Shown here piece by piece: positions 19,893 to 33,362 of a DNA stretch of 64,000 nucleotides (the stretch's first letter is position 1; each line of letters starts with the position of its first letter). Position numbers and translations under genes: made by a program. The notes beneath the pieces were generated by a model, which ran no database searches, was not told the DNA's origin, and saw nothing but the letters and a program-made list of their open reading frames with translations. Source of the stretch: Bacteroidales bacterium (lineage in GTDB: Bacteria > Bacteroidota > Bacteroidia > Bacteroidales > G3-4614); contig JAFYPQ010000006.1 in NCBI GenBank assembly GCA_017559955.1, forward strand, positions 1,362 to 65,361. The letters are read 5' to 3'.

Positions 19893-20963
19893 TTATTTAT
19901 TTTTGATATAATCAACTATCCATTTACCAACTTCAGAAGTTTTATACGATTTCTCTCCTTGTGCAATATCTACTGTAACTATACCAGCATCTATTGATGC
20001 AGAAACAGCTTCACGAATTAATTTTCCCTCTTCCATTAGTCCGAATGCATATTCAAACATTAATGCTGCTGAAAGAATAGTTGCCAATGGGTTAGCAATA
20101 TCTTTTCCTGCTGCTTGTGGATATGAGCCATGAATAGGTTCAAACACAGATGTATGTAAACCTACCGAAGCTGATGGTAACATTCCAAGTGAGCCTGTAA
20201 TTACAGAAGCTTCATCTGTTAATATATCACCAAACATATTTTCTGTTACCATTACATCAAAGCGAGATGGCCATTGTACAAGTTGCATTGCCGCATTATC
20301 AACGAACATAAATTCTGTTTCAACTTCGGGATACTCTTTCGAAATTTCTTGAGCAACCTCTCTCCACATACGTGAAGTACAAAGGACATTGGCTTTATCA
20401 ACAACAGTAACTTTTTTTCTGCGTTGCATTGCATAAGTATAGGCAAGGCGAACAATTCTATCAATCTCTTCACGAGAATATACACAAGTATCGTATGCAA
20501 CATTACCGTCTTCACTTCTGCCTTGGGGGCGACCAAAATATATACCTCCTGTAAGTTCTCTAATACACATTAAATCGGTACCTTCAACTACATCTTGTCG
20601 AAGAGGCGATTTATGAATTAGCTGAGGCATTGTTGATACAGGACGAATATTTGCATATAGTCCCAACTGCTTACGCATACCCAATAAACCTTGCTCAGGA
20701 CGCACCTTTGCAGAAGGATTGTTATCATATTTAGGATCTCCAATTGCTCCGAAAAGAACAGCGTCCGACTCCATACATATTTTGTGCGTCTCTTCAGGAT
20801 ATGGGTTACCTGTCGCATCAATTGCACAAGCTCCAACAAGAGCATGTTTATATGTTAATTCGTGTCCATATTTCTCGCATACAGCAATAGTTGCATCTAA
20901 TGCGGTTGCCACTATTTCTGGTCCTATGCCATCGCCAGGCAACACGGCTATATTCATTTTCAT
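19893..20963 (-). CDS. leuB: 3-isopropylmalate dehydrogenase
   Basis: [41 protein letters not shown]. Confidence 0.97.
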   Translation of the reverse strand: MKMNIAVLPGDGIGPEIVATALDATIAVCEKYGHELTYKHALVGACAIDATGNPYPEETHKICMESDAVLFGAIGDPKYDNNPSAKVRPEQGLLGMRKQLGLYANIRPVSTMPQLIHKSPLRQDVVEGTDLMCIRELTGGIYFGRPQGRSEDGNVAYDTCVYSREEIDRIVRLAYTYAMQRRKKVTVVDKANVLCTSRMWREVAQEISKEYPEVETEFMFVDNAAMQLVQWPSRFDVMVTENMFGDILTDEASVITGSLGMLPSASVGLHTSVFEPIHGSYPQAAGKDIANPLATILSAALMFEYAFGLMEEGKLIREAVSASIDAGIVTVDIAQGEKSYKTSEVGKWIVDYIKNK

Positions 20964-20992
20964 ATAATAATTAAATTTTGTGTTTATAATCT

Positions 20993-22516
20993 TTATAACT
21001 CTTCAATATGATTTAGCATCTTTATAGTTGCTTGAATTGCAGCAGACATCTGATCAAGATCTAATCCATAAGTTTTAAATATTTTTCCTTTATAGTCCCA
21101 TGTGATGGATGTCTGCACCAATGCATCTGTTCTTCCTCCGGGAGGGATATTTACTGTATAATCCAGAAGTTGAGGGAATGGTTTATGTAGTTTAGTTTTA
21201 TAAATCCATTGTATACCTTTAACAAATGCATCATACTGTCCATCTCCGGTCGCTCCTGCTTCATAAATTTCGCCGTTTATTTCAAGTTTTAAAACAGCTC
21301 CGGGTCGTAATCCGTTAGCAACTGCAAGAGTGTAATTTAATAAAGTAATTCGCTGTTTCTGAGAATTTCGATTTAGAGTATCTGATATAATATATGGTAA
21401 ATCCTCCTGTGATATTATCTCTTTTTTGTCTCCTAATTCAATAATTCTCTCTGTTACTTTACGCATCGATTCTTCGTCAAGTTCAATGCCCATTGCTTCG
21501 AGATTTTTACGAATGTTGGCTTTGCCGGATGTTTTACCTAATGCATATTCTCTCATTCTTCCAAAACGCTCAGGAAGCAAATCGTTGTAGTATAGATTAT
21601 TTTTACTATCACCGTCTGCATGAACTCCTGCACACTGTGTAAATACATTATCGCCTATTACAGGTTTGTTTGCAGGTATTCTTATGCCGGAATACGATTC
21701 AACGACTCTACTTACGTGGTTTATTTTTACTTCATTAATTGAAGTTTTAATATCTAATTGGTCGTGAACAACAGCAAGAACACTCGATAATGCTGCATTA
21801 CCGGCTCTTTCCCCCAAACCATTAATTGTACAATGAATCCCTTTTATACCGGCTTTAATTGCAGCATAACAATTTGCTACCGCTAAATCATAATCATTAT
21901 GAGCGTGAAAATCGAAATGAAGAGTAGGGTATCTGTCAATAATCTCTTTGCAAAATTTATAGGTAGAATCAGGATTTAGCACTCCTAATGTATCAGGTAA
22001 CATAAATCTCTTTATGTTGCACTTACATAATGCATCAATTAAGTTGAAAACATACTCTGGTGAATCTTTCATTCCGTTCGACCAGTCCTCAAGGTATAGG
22101 TTTACCTCAATACCATTTTGGTTTGCGATATCAATTTCGTGCTTGATATCGTTTATATGCTCTTTGGGAGTTTTCTTTAATTGATATTGGCAGTGTCTAA
22201 GCGAACCTTTACTTAACAGATTTACAACTTTTCCCCCTGCTTCTTTAATCCAATTAATTGAAACACCATTATCAATAAATCCTAATACCTCAATAGAATT
22301 TATTTTTTTATGTTTCGAAGCCCAATCGCAAACTTGCTTTACAGCTTCCATCTCTCCGGCAGAAACTCTTGCAGAGGCAATCTCAATTCTATTTACCTTA
22401 ATCTCTTTCAGAAGAAGACGTGCAATACTCAACTTTTCAAATGCACCAAACGAAACGCCCGAAGTTTGTTCTCCGTCACGAAGAGTGGTATCCATTATTT
22501 CAAGTTTGTATTTCAT
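20993..22516 (-). CDS. cimA: Second DRE-TIM synthase, probable (R)-citramalate synthase
   Basis: [42 protein letters not shown]; differs from canonical LeuA and sits between leuD and leuB as in Bacteroides. Confidence 0.75.
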   Translation of the reverse strand: MKYKLEIMDTTLRDGEQTSGVSFGAFEKLSIARLLLKEIKVNRIEIASARVSAGEMEAVKQVCDWASKHKKINSIEVLGFIDNGVSINWIKEAGGKVVNLLSKGSLRHCQYQLKKTPKEHINDIKHEIDIANQNGIEVNLYLEDWSNGMKDSPEYVFNLIDALCKCNIKRFMLPDTLGVLNPDSTYKFCKEIIDRYPTLHFDFHAHNDYDLAVANCYAAIKAGIKGIHCTINGLGERAGNAALSSVLAVVHDQLDIKTSINEVKINHVSRVVESYSGIRIPANKPVIGDNVFTQCAGVHADGDSKNNLYYNDLLPERFGRMREYALGKTSGKANIRKNLEAMGIELDEESMRKVTERIIELGDKKEIISQEDLPYIISDTLNRNSQKQRITLLNYTLAVANGLRPGAVLKLEINGEIYEAGATGDGQYDAFVKGIQWIYKTKLHKPFPQLLDYTVNIPPGGRTDALVQTSITWDYKGKIFKTYGLDLDQMSAAIQATIKMLNHIEEL

Positions 22517-22520
22517 ACCT

Positions 22521-23108
22521 TTATCTATTATTTTCCCAGGTTTCTATGTCGTTTTTCTTGCTTAGCAGATAATCTATATCGTCAAATCCATTAAGCAAAC
22601 AATCTTTTTTGTAGGGGTTTATTTCGAATTTCTCCGAAGCTCCTGTTGCATTATTTGTTATTGTTTGATTAGGTAAATCAATAGTAACTGTATTTGAATG
22701 GTTTGCATTAATAGCTTCAAAAATCTCTTGAAGAAATTTTTCAGAAACTACAACAGTCAAAACACAATTGTTTAAAGCATTATTTTTAAATATGTCAGCA
22801 AAGAAACTTGAAACGACAGCTCTAAACCCATATCCTGCAACAGCCCATGCTGCATGTTCACGACTTGAACCGCTTCCGAAATTTTTACCTGCAACCAATA
22901 TCGAACCTGAATAATCAGGATTATTTAATACGAAATTTTCAATTTTATTACCCTCCTTGTCATATCTCCAATCACGGAATAGATTGTCTCCAAATCCTTC
23001 ACGAGTGGTTGCCTTCAAAAAACGAGCGGGTATTATTTGGTCTGTATCCACATTCTCAATAGGTAATGGGATGCAAGTTGATGTTAATTTCTCAAATTTT
23101 TCTCTCAT
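22521..23108 (-). CDS. leuD: 3-isopropylmalate dehydratase small subunit
   Basis: [35 protein letters not shown]. Confidence 0.97.
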   Translation of the reverse strand: MREKFEKLTSTCIPLPIENVDTDQIIPARFLKATTREGFGDNLFRDWRYDKEGNKIENFVLNNPDYSGSILVAGKNFGSGSSREHAAWAVAGYGFRAVVSSFFADIFKNNALNNCVLTVVVSEKFLQEIFEAINANHSNTVTIDLPNQTITNNATGASEKFEINPYKKDCLLNGFDDIDYLLSKKNDIETWENNR

Positions 23109-23126
23109 AATCTTTCTGAGGTTAAA

Positions 23127-24527
23127 TTAAATAAATTCACGAGGATCTGTTATTTTCCCAGTAATTGCGGCAACTGCAGCAACAATAGGACTTGCAAGCA
23201 TTGTTCTCGCTCCGGGACCTTGACGTCCTTCAAAATTTCTGTTTGAAGTAGAAACTGATATTTTACCTGCAGGAATCTTATCATCATTCATTGCCAAACA
23301 TGCCGAACAACCGGGTTGACGAAGTTCAAATCCAGCCTCTTCAAGTATTTTGTCAATACCTTCAGCTCTTATAGCTTTCTCAACATTCCACGAACCAGGT
23401 ACTAACCAAGCTGTAACGTTATCAGCTTTTTTATGCCCTTTAACAACTTTGGCAAAAGTTCTAAAATCTTCAATACGACCATTTGTACAGCTGCCTAAGA
23501 AGACATAATCAATCTCTTTGCCAAGAACTTTTTCGCCTGGTTTGAAGCCCATATATAATAGTGATTTCTCAAATGAAATTCTACCTGCATCGTCGATATC
23601 TTCTATTGTGGGGATATTTGCATCTATTGCCATACCCATACCCGGATTTGTACCATATGTAATCATAGGGGCAATATCTACAGCATCAAAATTAACCTCT
23701 TTATCAAATATAGCACCCTCGTCTGTCGGTAATTTTTTCCACTCTTCCACAGCTTTATCCCAAGCCTCTCCCTGAGGTGCAAATTCTCTGCCTTTTAAGT
23801 ACTCAAAAGTAATCTCATCAGGTGCAATCATTCCTCCGCGAGCTCCCATTTCAATACTCATATTGCATAGAGTCATACGTCCTTCCATAGATAGTGAACG
23901 AATGGCACTTCCTGCAAATTCAACAAAGTATCCTGTTGCTCCTCCTGTAGTCATCTTTGAGATTAGATATAATGCAATATCTTTAGCTGTAACTCCTTTT
24001 TGAAGCTCTCCTTCAACATTAATACGCATTTTCATAGGTTTGGGCTGTAATACACATTGCGATGCAAGAACCATCTCTACTTCACTTGTGCCTATACCAA
24101 ACGCTACAGCACCCATTGCTCCGTGTGTCGAAGTGTGGCTATCTCCACAAACAATTGTCATACCGGGTTGGGTGTATCCGTTCTCCGGTCCAATAACATG
24201 AATAATACCATTTTTAGGATTAAGTAATCCATAAACAGTCAAACCAAAATCTTTAGCATTTTTCATCAAGGTATCTACTTGATTGCGAGAAATAGGATCT
24301 GATATTGGTTTATCTTGGTTTAGGGTAGGTATGTTATGGTCAGGAGAACATGTCGTTCTTTCTGGACGGAAAACCGATAAATTCCTCTCCCTTAATCCTG
24401 CAAATGCTTGAGGACTTGTTACCTCATGAAGGTAATGTCTGTCAATATATAATTGATTTGGACCACCTTCTATTTTTGATACCACATGTGCATCCCAAAT
24501 TTTATCAAATAAGGTTTTCTTTTCCAT
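23127..24527 (-). CDS. leuC: 3-isopropylmalate dehydratase large subunit
   Basis: [52 protein letters not shown]. Confidence 0.98.
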   Translation of the reverse strand: MEKKTLFDKIWDAHVVSKIEGGPNQLYIDRHYLHEVTSPQAFAGLRERNLSVFRPERTTCSPDHNIPTLNQDKPISDPISRNQVDTLMKNAKDFGLTVYGLLNPKNGIIHVIGPENGYTQPGMTIVCGDSHTSTHGAMGAVAFGIGTSEVEMVLASQCVLQPKPMKMRINVEGELQKGVTAKDIALYLISKMTTGGATGYFVEFAGSAIRSLSMEGRMTLCNMSIEMGARGGMIAPDEITFEYLKGREFAPQGEAWDKAVEEWKKLPTDEGAIFDKEVNFDAVDIAPMITYGTNPGMGMAIDANIPTIEDIDDAGRISFEKSLLYMGFKPGEKVLGKEIDYVFLGSCTNGRIEDFRTFAKVVKGHKKADNVTAWLVPGSWNVEKAIRAEGIDKILEEAGFELRQPGCSACLAMNDDKIPAGKISVSTSNRNFEGRQGPGARTMLASPIVAAVAAITGKITDPREFI

Positions 24528-24541
24528 AGTATAATAAATAA

Positions 24542-26035
24542 TTATCTAACAAATTTATTTATTGCATCAACAAAAGCTTCAGCCGAAGCGGCAACAATAT
24601 CAGTGTTTGCTCCAAATCCGTAATAACTTTCGTTATTGTATGAGACAGTCATATGAACTTTTCCTGTATCATCGCTACCTTTTGTTATGGCTTGAATCAG
24701 GAACTCTTCAACAGTCATATTTCTGTGAATAATATTTTTGATTGCATTGATTGCCGCATCAACAGGTCCATTACCAGATGCTGCCGATTCGAATTTTTCA
24801 CCAGCTATTGAAAGACCGATACTCGCTACCGAACGAACATCAATACCTGATGTAACTTGTAAATAATCGATTGATATGCGAGCTTTCTCTCCTCTGCTTT
24901 TACCAACCAACATCAATATATCATCATCGTTTATATCTTTTTTACGGTCGGCAAGTGCTAAAAATTCAGCATAAGCTTTATCTAAATCTTCTTGAGAAAG
25001 TTCTACACCAAGAACGTTTAGACGATGTTTTAATGCAGCTCTACCGCTTCGTGCTGTAAGCACGATAGAGTTTTCATCGATACCAACATCTTTGGGATCA
25101 ATAATTTCATAATTCTCTCTGTTTTTTAGAACTCCGTCTTGGTGTATTCCCGATGAGTGTGCAAATGCATTTCTACCAACAATAGCTTTGTTGGGTTGTA
25201 CAGGCATATTCATCATACTTGAAACCATACGGCTTGTAGAGTAAATTTTTTGAGTATTAATATTAGTCTCAATACCCTTGTTATGGCTCTTAAATGTCAT
25301 AACAACCTCTTCAAGAGATGTATTTCCTGCACGTTCTCCAATACCGTTGATTGTTACCTCGGCCTGACGAGCACCATTCAAAATACCCGAAACAGTATTT
25401 GCTGTTGCCATACCAAGGTCGTTATGACAGTGTGTAGCAATAACTACATTATCAATTCCTTTAACATTCTCTTTTAGATATAAAATCTTTTTACCAAAAT
25501 CCTCTGGTAAACAATAACCTGTTGTGTCAGGAATATTAATTACTGTAGCTCCGGCTTTTACAACAGCCTCAACCACACGAGCAAGGTATTCGTTATCTGT
25601 TCTGCCGGCATCTTCAGCATAAAATTGAACATCCTCAACATATTTTTTCGCATATTTAACACATGCAATAGCTCGCTCAATAATCTCTTCACGAGTAGAA
25701 TTAAACTTGTATTTAATATGATAATCAGATGTTCCTATGCCTGTGTGAATACGTTTACGTTTTGCATATTTAAGTGCTTCGGCAGCAGCATCAATATCTT
25801 TTTCAACGGCACGAGTCAAAGCACATATTGTAGGCCATGTAACGGCTTTCGAAATCTCAACAACCGATTTAAAATCTCCGGGGCTTGAAACAGGGAATCC
25901 TGCCTCTATAACATCAACGCCCAAAGTTTCCAAGGCTTTGGCTACCTGAATTTTTTCTACTGTATTTAATTGGCAACCTGGAACTTGCTCACCATCTCTT
26001 AATGTTGTATCAAAAATAAAAAGTCTGTCTGACAT
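24542..26035 (-). CDS. leuA: 2-isopropylmalate synthase
   Basis: [52 protein letters not shown] regulatory domain. Confidence 0.96.
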   Translation of the reverse strand: MSDRLFIFDTTLRDGEQVPGCQLNTVEKIQVAKALETLGVDVIEAGFPVSSPGDFKSVVEISKAVTWPTICALTRAVEKDIDAAAEALKYAKRKRIHTGIGTSDYHIKYKFNSTREEIIERAIACVKYAKKYVEDVQFYAEDAGRTDNEYLARVVEAVVKAGATVINIPDTTGYCLPEDFGKKILYLKENVKGIDNVVIATHCHNDLGMATANTVSGILNGARQAEVTINGIGERAGNTSLEEVVMTFKSHNKGIETNINTQKIYSTSRMVSSMMNMPVQPNKAIVGRNAFAHSSGIHQDGVLKNRENYEIIDPKDVGIDENSIVLTARSGRAALKHRLNVLGVELSQEDLDKAYAEFLALADRKKDINDDDILMLVGKSRGEKARISIDYLQVTSGIDVRSVASIGLSIAGEKFESAASGNGPVDAAINAIKNIIHRNMTVEEFLIQAITKGSDDTGKVHMTVSYNNESYYGFGANTDIVAASAEAFVDAINKFVR

Positions 26036-26072
26036 AGTTTTTTTATATTAAATATTATTACTCTAAATAAAG

Positions 26073-26139
26073 AAAACCTTCCACACTATGGAGTGAGAAA
26101 GGTTTTTATATAAATTAATTACACACAATATCTCACTCC
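26073..26139 (-). promoter_or_regulatory. leu operon attenuator (terminator plus antiterminator)
   Basis: Terminator AAAACCUUUCUCAC...GUGUGGAAGGUUUU (26073-26106). GGAGUGAGA (26131-26139), right after the leader stop codon, is perfectly complementary to UCUCACUCC (26090-26098). Confidence 0.85.
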
Positions 26140-26199
26140 CTATCGTTTGTTGAGCAATAGCGACAGAATAATTAGAGATAAAATGTATAAATTTTTCAT
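26140..26199 (-). CDS. leu operon leader peptide (19 aa)
   Basis: MKNLYILSLIILSLLLNKR: 7 Leu and 3 Ile codons, directly upstream of the attenuator and leuA. Confidence 0.85.
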   Translation of the reverse strand: MKNLYILSLIILSLLLNKR

Positions 26200-26260
26200 T
26201 TTCAAGTATTCTAAAAATCCAAATTCTCTTTATTAGTTACTCTTTTTCAACTGAGCATTG

Positions 26261-26291
26261 CAAAGATATAAATAATGTCGCTATTTGCAAA
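26261..26291 (-). promoter_or_regulatory. Primary-sigma promoter of the leu operon
   Basis: TTTG (26288-26291), 19-nt spacer, TATCTTTG (26261-26268): matches the Bacteroides -33/-7 consensus. Confidence 0.75.
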
Positions 26292-26435
26292 ATAAAAATA
26301 GAAAAAAATGCAAAATAATTATCAATTAAATTTTTAATTATCATTTTACTTATAGAGTATAAGTATTTTAGATTGCTATGACAAAATCTTATTGATATAT
26401 TTATTTTATCAATAAAACTCACTAAATAAAAAAGA

Positions 26436-26458
26436 AACTGCCGATGCTATCGGCAGTT
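26436..26458 (-). terminator. Intrinsic terminator of rpoD
   Basis: aactgccgat / atcggcagtt stem followed by a U-rich tract on the minus strand. Confidence 0.8.
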
Positions 26459-26483
26459 CATATAAATTCTTTCTAACAAAAAT

Positions 26484-27344
26484 TTAACCGAGAAATGTTT
26501 TAAGGTGAATACTTCTCGAATTCTGTCTTAGTCGGCGAATTGCTTTTTCTTTAATTTGGCGTACACGTTCACGAGTTAAACCAAATTTGTCTCCAATCTC
26601 TTCAAGTGTCATCTCTTGACAGCCAATACCAAAGAACATTTTAACAATTTCGCTCTCACGAGGAGTTAAAGTACCTAATGCTCTATCTATCTCTTTAGAT
26701 AGAGATTCGTTAATTAGCGGACGATCAGCATTAGGTGAGTCGTCATTTACAAGAACGTCAAGTAAACTATTGTCCTCTCCTTCAACAAATGGAGCATCAA
26801 CAGAGATATGACGACCTGAAACTTTCATCGTATCGGCAATCTTATCTACAGGCATATCAAGTTGTTCAGCTAACTCTTCCACTGAAGGTCTTCGTTCGTT
26901 GTCTTGCTCAAAACGAGAAAAAGCTTTGCTTATTTTATTTAACGAGCCCACCTGATTTAGAGGAAGCCTAACAATTCTTGATTGTTCAGCTAATGCTTGT
27001 AATATTGATTGGCGAATCCACCAGACAGCATAAGAAATAAACTTAAATCCACGTGTTTCATCGAATTTCTCTGCAGCTTTAATAAGACCGAGGTTGCCTT
27101 CGTTGATAAGATCGGGTAGGGAGAGTCCTTGATTTTGATATTGTTTAGCAACAGAAACAACAAAACGAAGATTTGCCCTTGTTAACTTATCAAGAGCAGC
27201 TCTATCTCCTTTTCTAATTTTAGCAGCTAATTCAACCTCTTCCTCTACTGTAATAAGTTCCTCTCGTCCAATCTCTTGCAAATACTTATCGAGTGAAGCA
27301 CTTTCACGATTTGTAATAGATTTAGTAATCTTTAGTTGTCTCAT
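26484..27344 (-). CDS. rpoD: Primary RNA polymerase sigma factor, short Bacteroidota type lacking region 1.1
   Basis: [61 protein letters not shown]; 286 aa. Confidence 0.92.
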   Translation of the reverse strand: MRQLKITKSITNRESASLDKYLQEIGREELITVEEEVELAAKIRKGDRAALDKLTRANLRFVVSVAKQYQNQGLSLPDLINEGNLGLIKAAEKFDETRGFKFISYAVWWIRQSILQALAEQSRIVRLPLNQVGSLNKISKAFSRFEQDNERRPSVEELAEQLDMPVDKIADTMKVSGRHISVDAPFVEGEDNSLLDVLVNDDSPNADRPLINESLSKEIDRALGTLTPRESEIVKMFFGIGCQEMTLEEIGDKFGLTRERVRQIKEKAIRRLRQNSRSIHLKTFLG

Positions 27345-27662
27345 TTCAATATATTGAATTTAAGTTGCAAATATACCTTATTTATTTCAGAAATAAAATA
27401 GTTAAGTGAAAATATATTTAAAATTTTATTTTTATGATAAAATATTAAAAAAATAGGTAAGATATTAATCTTTTTTAGATATAAAATAATTTCCTCCTTT
27501 TCATATTAAAAACGTACTAAAAGAGAAAATATTATATTTTTTACATTAATTTCCACTGCTAAAACGCTACAACTATATAAATGTTTCTTTATATGTTTAA
27601 AAATAAAGAATATAATGGTATCGATGTATTTGTTATAATATTTCTACATTTTATAACAAACC

Positions 27663-27685
27663 AAAGAGAGGCAGAACCTCTCTTT
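27663..27685 (-). terminator. Probable terminator of htrA
   Basis: aaagagagg / cctctcttt inverted repeat. Confidence 0.65.
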
Positions 27686-27737
27686 AGCACATTTAAATAT
27701 TTAAAAATTAGAGACTTTTTTATGAAGTTAGCAAATA

Positions 27738-29243
27738 CTATTCTTCTATTGCTATATCAACCGCATAGTAGGCACTACGTCCGTTTGGATATATTCCTGT
27801 TATAAACATAACCTTATCACGTGAAGATGAATTTTGTATCGAGTTGTAAATTCTCTCAATATCATCAGTTGAGTTAACAACTTCGCCATTTATGTTTAGT
27901 ATTATAAATCCTTTTCTTATACCTGCTCGTTGAAATTTACCATCTTTAATTCCTACAACTTCAACGCCTGAAGATATTCCATATGAGTTTTTCTTTTCAT
28001 TGTTAAGTTCTGCAAAACCTGCACCTAATGCACCAAAGTCTGACGGTTTAGTAATAGAGGTATTGCCTTGTTGATTTTTCAATATTACCTCAATCTCTTT
28101 TTCTTTCTCATCTCTAACTATTGTTATAACAATCTTATCTCCGGGATGGTGCAAACTTATTAGTTCTTGAAGTTTTGAAGAAGAATTTATCTTTTCGCCA
28201 TCAATTGCAGTAATAATATCACCTTTTTTAAGACCTGCTTCTTTTGCAGAGCTTCTGTCGTTAACCGATTCTATATATACACCATTTATAAAATCAATAT
28301 TTTTATCTTTTGCCAAATCGGCACTCATTTCAATAATTGTTACTCCAAGTAATGCCCTTTGAACTGAACCATACTCTTTAAGGTCGTTTACAATCTTAAT
28401 GGCAATATTCGAAGGTACTGCGAATGAATATCCGATGTAGCTGCCTGTTTGTGTTAGAATCATAGTATTAATACCAACAAGTTCACCATTAGTATTAACC
28501 AATGCACCTCCGCTATTACCCGGATTTACGGCAGCATCAGTTTGTATGTACGATTCAATCGACATCGATTTGCCAGCACCTATGGCTCTACCTTTAGCAC
28601 TTACAATACCAGCAGTAACAGTAGAGTTCAATCCCATAGGATTTCCAACGGCCAAAACCCATTCTCCAACTTTTAGCATATCAGAATTGCCAAATTTCAA
28701 CATAGGAAATTCTTCACCTTCAATTTTTAAAAGAGCAAGATCTGTTGATTGGTCTGTTCCTACTATTTTAGCATTAAACATCCTTTTGTCGTTTAGAATA
28801 ACCTCAACTTTGTCTCCTCCTTCAATTACGTGGTTATTTGTAATAATATAGCCATCGTTGCTGATTATAACACCTGACCCTGAACTGGTTTGTTGTTGAG
28901 GAGTAGGAGAACTATTATACCCATCTCCGAAAAAGAATTGAAGAAAAGGATCGGGTATTTGAGGCATTTGTCTACTCTGTTTGGGTGTTACAGTAGAGCG
29001 AATACTAACTACTGCATTAACACTCATATCTGCAACCGATGTAAAATCAATAACTTGATTTATTGGATTAGATACATTAACAAATTGACCGTTTGAGTTC
29101 ATCCCAACGTTATTCCACTCAACATAACGAATTTCGGGTTCGACGTTTTTATTATTAAGTATTGTATATGCTCCTATCGATATAGCTGAACTGACAAAAG
29201 CAACAGCCGTAAACCCTAATAGTTTTTTACCAAAGTTATCCAT
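27738..29243 (-). CDS. htrA: Do/HtrA/DegP-family serine protease with two PDZ domains
   Basis: GSGVII, TNNHV (His), DLALLK (Asp), QTDAAVNPGNSGG (Ser). Confidence 0.93.
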   Translation of the reverse strand: MDNFGKKLLGFTAVAFVSSAISIGAYTILNNKNVEPEIRYVEWNNVGMNSNGQFVNVSNPINQVIDFTSVADMSVNAVVSIRSTVTPKQSRQMPQIPDPFLQFFFGDGYNSSPTPQQQTSSGSGVIISNDGYIITNNHVIEGGDKVEVILNDKRMFNAKIVGTDQSTDLALLKIEGEEFPMLKFGNSDMLKVGEWVLAVGNPMGLNSTVTAGIVSAKGRAIGAGKSMSIESYIQTDAAVNPGNSGGALVNTNGELVGINTMILTQTGSYIGYSFAVPSNIAIKIVNDLKEYGSVQRALLGVTIIEMSADLAKDKNIDFINGVYIESVNDRSSAKEAGLKKGDIITAIDGEKINSSSKLQELISLHHPGDKIVITIVRDEKEKEIEVILKNQQGNTSITKPSDFGALGAGFAELNNEKKNSYGISSGVEVVGIKDGKFQRAGIRKGFIILNINGEVVNSTDDIERIYNSIQNSSSRDKVMFITGIYPNGRSAYYAVDIAIEE

Positions 29244-29492
29244 AATAATTAATATTTGTTTTATAAAAATCTATTCAATACTACATATCTTAAACGAGTA
29301 AAATTATCAAAAATTACCACATTAATTTTTTTTAATATACCCTATTCAAATATTAAATTTATTTCTATGACAAATAGTTTATTTCAAGGTTTACCTATAA
29401 ATATGTTAATTAAAGTAAAAATTTGTACTCTATTATTTAATAAGTAGAGAAGATAAACACAATTAGGAGCTTATTATCTTATTATAGTGTTA

Positions 29493-32282
29493 TCACAATT
29501 TTTCTTTAAGGAAAATTCCGGTATATGATTTTTCGCAATCTGCAACCTCTTCAGGTGTTCCGCAGCAAACTAACGTTCCTCCTTTGTCTCCGCCTTCAGG
29601 ACCTAAGTCAATAATATAATCGGCACATTTAATAATATCCATATTATGTTCAATAACTATAACAGAGTGTCCTTTTGCCACTAATTTATTAAGAACAGAT
29701 ATGAGTCTTTTAACATCGTGCATATGAAGACCCGTTGTAGGTTCATCAAAAATAAATATTGTGGGAGCAAGTGTTTCGTTTGATAGAAATGCTGCAAGCT
29801 TTATACGTTGGCTTTCTCCGCCCGAAAGAGTAGAAGAGGATTGTCCCATTTTAAGATAGCCTAAGCCAACTGTTTGAAGTGGTAGTAATCTTTTAACAAT
29901 CTTTTTCTCATACGAACCATTACTTTCAGAGAAGAACTCAATAGCCTGATTAATTGTCATATCAAGAATATCACTAATATTTTTCCCTCGATATTCAATA
30001 TCTAAAACATCACTCTTATATCTTTTCCCATTACAACTTTCGCACACAAGAGTAATATCTGCCATAAATTGCATTTCTACCGTTATAACACCTTCACCCT
30101 TACATTCCTCACAACGTCCACCCTCGCTATTAAAAGAGAAATAACCTGCAGAATATCCCAATTGTTTGGCAGATTGTTGATCGGCATAAAGACGTCTTAT
30201 TTCATCAAAAGCCTTTAAGTATGTTGCTGGGTTTGAGCGTGTTGATTTCCCAATAGGATTTTGATCGATAAACTCAATGCCATTCATTAAATTCATATCA
30301 CCCGTAATTTGCAACATTGCCCCCGGTGCATCGCATTCTTTATCATAGTAACGACACATTGCTTTATAAAATGTATCTCTGATTAGTGAAGATTTTCCCG
30401 AACCCGAAACACCTGTTACAACGGTAAAAACATTTAAAGGAAAAACAACATCAATTCCTTTAAGATTGTTGTGTGCTGCTCCTTTTATTGCAATATAATT
30501 ATTCCATTTACGACGGAAATGCGGCACCTCAATTTTATCTTCTCCTGTCAAATATTTTACTGTATAACTTTGAGAACTCTTTTGTAATCCACTAATTTCT
30601 CCCTGATAAATAACTTCTCCACCTAATCGTCCTGCATCAGGTCCGATATCTATTATATAGTCGGCTTTACGAATAATATCTTCATCGTGTTCAACAACAA
30701 CTACCGTATTACCAAGACTTTGAAGTTGTCTTAAAACTTTAATTAAACATTCAGTATCTTTTGAGTGAAGACCAATAGAAGGTTCGTCCAATATATATAG
30801 AGAGCCAACAAGACTGCTTCCTAACGAAGTTGCCAAATTAATACGTTGGCTTTCTCCGCCTGATAGAGTTGAAGATAATCTGTTTAAAGTTAAATATCCC
30901 AAGCCAACATCAATCAAAAATTGCAATCTCGATTTAATTTCAATCAATAGGCGTTTGGCTACGCTCATATCGTGTTCCGATAGTTTTATGTTATCGAAAA
31001 ATATTTTTAAATCTGATATTGGCATTTGAGCAAGCTCGGCAATATTTTTATCACAGATTTTCACATATAAAGCTTCTGGTTTAAGTCTGGCTCCTTTACA
31101 ATCAGGGCAAAGAGTTTTACCTCTGTATCGTGCAAGCATAACCCTATATTGAACTTTATATAAGTTAGACTCTACCATTTTAAAAAAAGAGTCTATTCCG
31201 TATATCTCTTTATTACCATGCCAAAGTAAATCTTTTTGTTCTTGAGTTAATTCATAATATGGCTTATGAATAGGGAAATTGTATTTATCGGCCTTAAGTA
31301 TAAAATCTTGTTTCCATTCGCTCATTTTATCACCACGCCAGCAAAATACGGCATCATTATATACTGATAGAGCTTTGTTTGGAATTACCAAGTTCTCGTC
31401 AACGCCAACAACCATACCATATCCTTCGCACTTGGGACAGGCACCAAACGGGGAGTTAAAATTAAACATCAAGTCGTTTGGCTCTTGAAAAACAATTCCA
31501 TCAGCTTCAAAATGCTTCGAAAATTTATGGTCAATTTCACCCTCATTTGTATAAAAGCGTAAAATACACTCTCCATTACTTTCAAAGAAGGCTATCTCTG
31601 AAGAATCAACAAGTCGGCTTATAACATCCTTTGCATCGCTTGTCATCATACGGTCAACAACAAGAAAACAATCCTTTAAATCGACCGTTACTTCATTAAG
31701 AATATCATCGATACGAGTTATATTATTATCACAAATAACTCTTGAAAAACCCTCTTTTTGAAGTTTCGAAAGGTACTCTTTTGCTTCATTATCCTTTAAC
31801 TCTTTAAGAGGAGTCATTAATAAAAATCTAATTCCTACAGGGTAGGAGAGCATACACTCTATAATATCTTCGACATTGTGCTTTTTTACCTCTTCTCCCG
31901 AAATAGGAGAAAAAGTATGTCCAACCCTACCAAATAACATTCTTAAATAGTCGTAAATTTCGGTAGAGGTACCTACGGTAGAACGAGCATTTCTGGTACT
32001 CACTTTTTGCTCTATTGCAATGGCAGGAGGAATTCCGATAATATAATCACATTCAGGTTTATTTATCCTTCCTAAAAATTGACGTGCATAAGATGAAAGA
32101 CTCTCTACATATCTTCGTTGTCCTTCCGCATATAATGTGTCAAAAGCCAAAGACGTTTTACCTGAGCCTGAAACTCCGGTTACAACAATAAATTTGTCAC
32201 GAGGAATTTCAACATCAATATTCTTTAAGTTATTAACCCTCGCACCTTTAATAAAAATATTCTCTTCGACTATATTCTTCAT
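29493..32282 (-). CDS. uvrA: Excinuclease ABC subunit A
   Basis: Two GVSGSGK Walker A motifs, LSGGESQR signatures, CxxC zinc modules, [13 protein letters not shown]. Confidence 0.96.
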   Translation of the reverse strand: MKNIVEENIFIKGARVNNLKNIDVEIPRDKFIVVTGVSGSGKTSLAFDTLYAEGQRRYVESLSSYARQFLGRINKPECDYIIGIPPAIAIEQKVSTRNARSTVGTSTEIYDYLRMLFGRVGHTFSPISGEEVKKHNVEDIIECMLSYPVGIRFLLMTPLKELKDNEAKEYLSKLQKEGFSRVICDNNITRIDDILNEVTVDLKDCFLVVDRMMTSDAKDVISRLVDSSEIAFFESNGECILRFYTNEGEIDHKFSKHFEADGIVFQEPNDLMFNFNSPFGACPKCEGYGMVVGVDENLVIPNKALSVYNDAVFCWRGDKMSEWKQDFILKADKYNFPIHKPYYELTQEQKDLLWHGNKEIYGIDSFFKMVESNLYKVQYRVMLARYRGKTLCPDCKGARLKPEALYVKICDKNIAELAQMPISDLKIFFDNIKLSEHDMSVAKRLLIEIKSRLQFLIDVGLGYLTLNRLSSTLSGGESQRINLATSLGSSLVGSLYILDEPSIGLHSKDTECLIKVLRQLQSLGNTVVVVEHDEDIIRKADYIIDIGPDAGRLGGEVIYQGEISGLQKSSQSYTVKYLTGEDKIEVPHFRRKWNNYIAIKGAAHNNLKGIDVVFPLNVFTVVTGVSGSGKSSLIRDTFYKAMCRYYDKECDAPGAMLQITGDMNLMNGIEFIDQNPIGKSTRSNPATYLKAFDEIRRLYADQQSAKQLGYSAGYFSFNSEGGRCEECKGEGVITVEMQFMADITLVCESCNGKRYKSDVLDIEYRGKNISDILDMTINQAIEFFSESNGSYEKKIVKRLLPLQTVGLGYLKMGQSSSTLSGGESQRIKLAAFLSNETLAPTIFIFDEPTTGLHMHDVKRLISVLNKLVAKGHSVIVIEHNMDIIKCADYIIDLGPEGGDKGGTLVCCGTPEEVADCEKSYTGIFLKEKL

Positions 32283-32409
32283 ACTTACGTATTACTCTTA
32301 TTTAAAATTGGCAATCTACAAAGGTAGCAATAAAAATTATAGATTTAGAAGCTTTTTAAAAAGAGGAATTCTTCTTTATAGATATTTAATATTATTCCGA
32401 ATTGTGAAA

Positions 32410-32715
32410 CTAATCAACAACCTCAATATAGAAACTTACGGGGCGGAAACCATCATTGCAAGAAATCATTGCAGAGTAGGGGTTCAGCATCCAACCATCA
32501 TAAAAGTTCCCGCCACCATTTGAAAGTTCGTTAATAAACGGGAGCATTGTCTCCCATGCACTATCGCACATTCCTTCGGGCTTTATGCAGTTTTCAACAA
32601 TAAACGATTGTCCCAATTGCATATTACACGCATGCTCAATAGGATTTTCATATTCCCTCATTAAATCCTTGTAACATGCCATCCGTTTGACGGTAATTCT
32701 AATTTTCTTCATCAA
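32410..32715 (-). CDS. TIGR04076-family protein
   Basis: [10 protein letters not shown] and [12 protein letters not shown] motifs. Confidence 0.75.
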   Translation of the reverse strand: MMKKIRITVKRMACYKDLMREYENPIEHACNMQLGQSFIVENCIKPEGMCDSAWETMLPFINELSNGGGNFYDGWMLNPYSAMISCNDGFRPVSFYIEVVD

Positions 32716-32717
32716 AG

Positions 32718-33278
32718 TTATTTTATTTTTTTACCATCAGAAAATGCATTTCCGACCTTATCTCCTAACGAAATATAATTATGATTGCAAGGGTCGTATG
32801 TTATCGGGTTAAGTTTCTGAATATCAATTTTACCATTTAAATCTAAGACTTGCTCATCGACCGAAATGTTAATAATTTGTCCTATCATAAAGCAAGATTC
32901 TATATCATACGAAACAAGTTCACATTCTAAAGCCATTGGCAATTGTTCAATTATAGGAGCATTAACAAATTCTGATTTTATGGCGGTAAATCCTGCTTTT
33001 TTAAATTTGTCGGGGTCATCGTTACCCGAAACTATGCCGACATAATCACAAGCAACAACATTTTTTGCAGTTGCTATACTGATAGTAAATGCTTTAGCAT
33101 AAAGAATGTTTTCTGTTGTTTTGTGTTTGTCATCCAAACATATTCCAACCATATTGTCAGTATAAATTCCACCCCAAGCAGCATTCATTGCATTGGGCAC
33201 ACCATTTTCATCATATGCTGCAACAATAAAAACGGGCATAGGATAAAGCCACGTTTTAACACCAAAATTTTTACGCAT
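32718..33278 (-). CDS. Flavin reductase family protein (flavoredoxin-like)
   Basis: LYPMPVFIV, NAMNAAWGG, DYVGIVSG, VNAPII. Confidence 0.88.
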   Translation of the reverse strand: MRKNFGVKTWLYPMPVFIVAAYDENGVPNAMNAAWGGIYTDNMVGICLDDKHKTTENILYAKAFTISIATAKNVVACDYVGIVSGNDDPDKFKKAGFTAIKSEFVNAPIIEQLPMALECELVSYDIESCFMIGQIINISVDEQVLDLNGKIDIQKLNPITYDPCNHNYISLGDKVGNAFSDGKKIK

Positions 33279-33362
33279 AACATTATTATTTAATTATCTG
33301 CGAATATAAGAATAAAATAGAAAAAATATCGTAATTTTGTAGTATAATTAAATAATCAAATT

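Noticed and set aside
27345-27737. Long AT-rich intergenic region and ORF 27581-27805
   Set aside because: It contains only the htrA terminator and the rpoD promoter; no convincing structure or coding signal.
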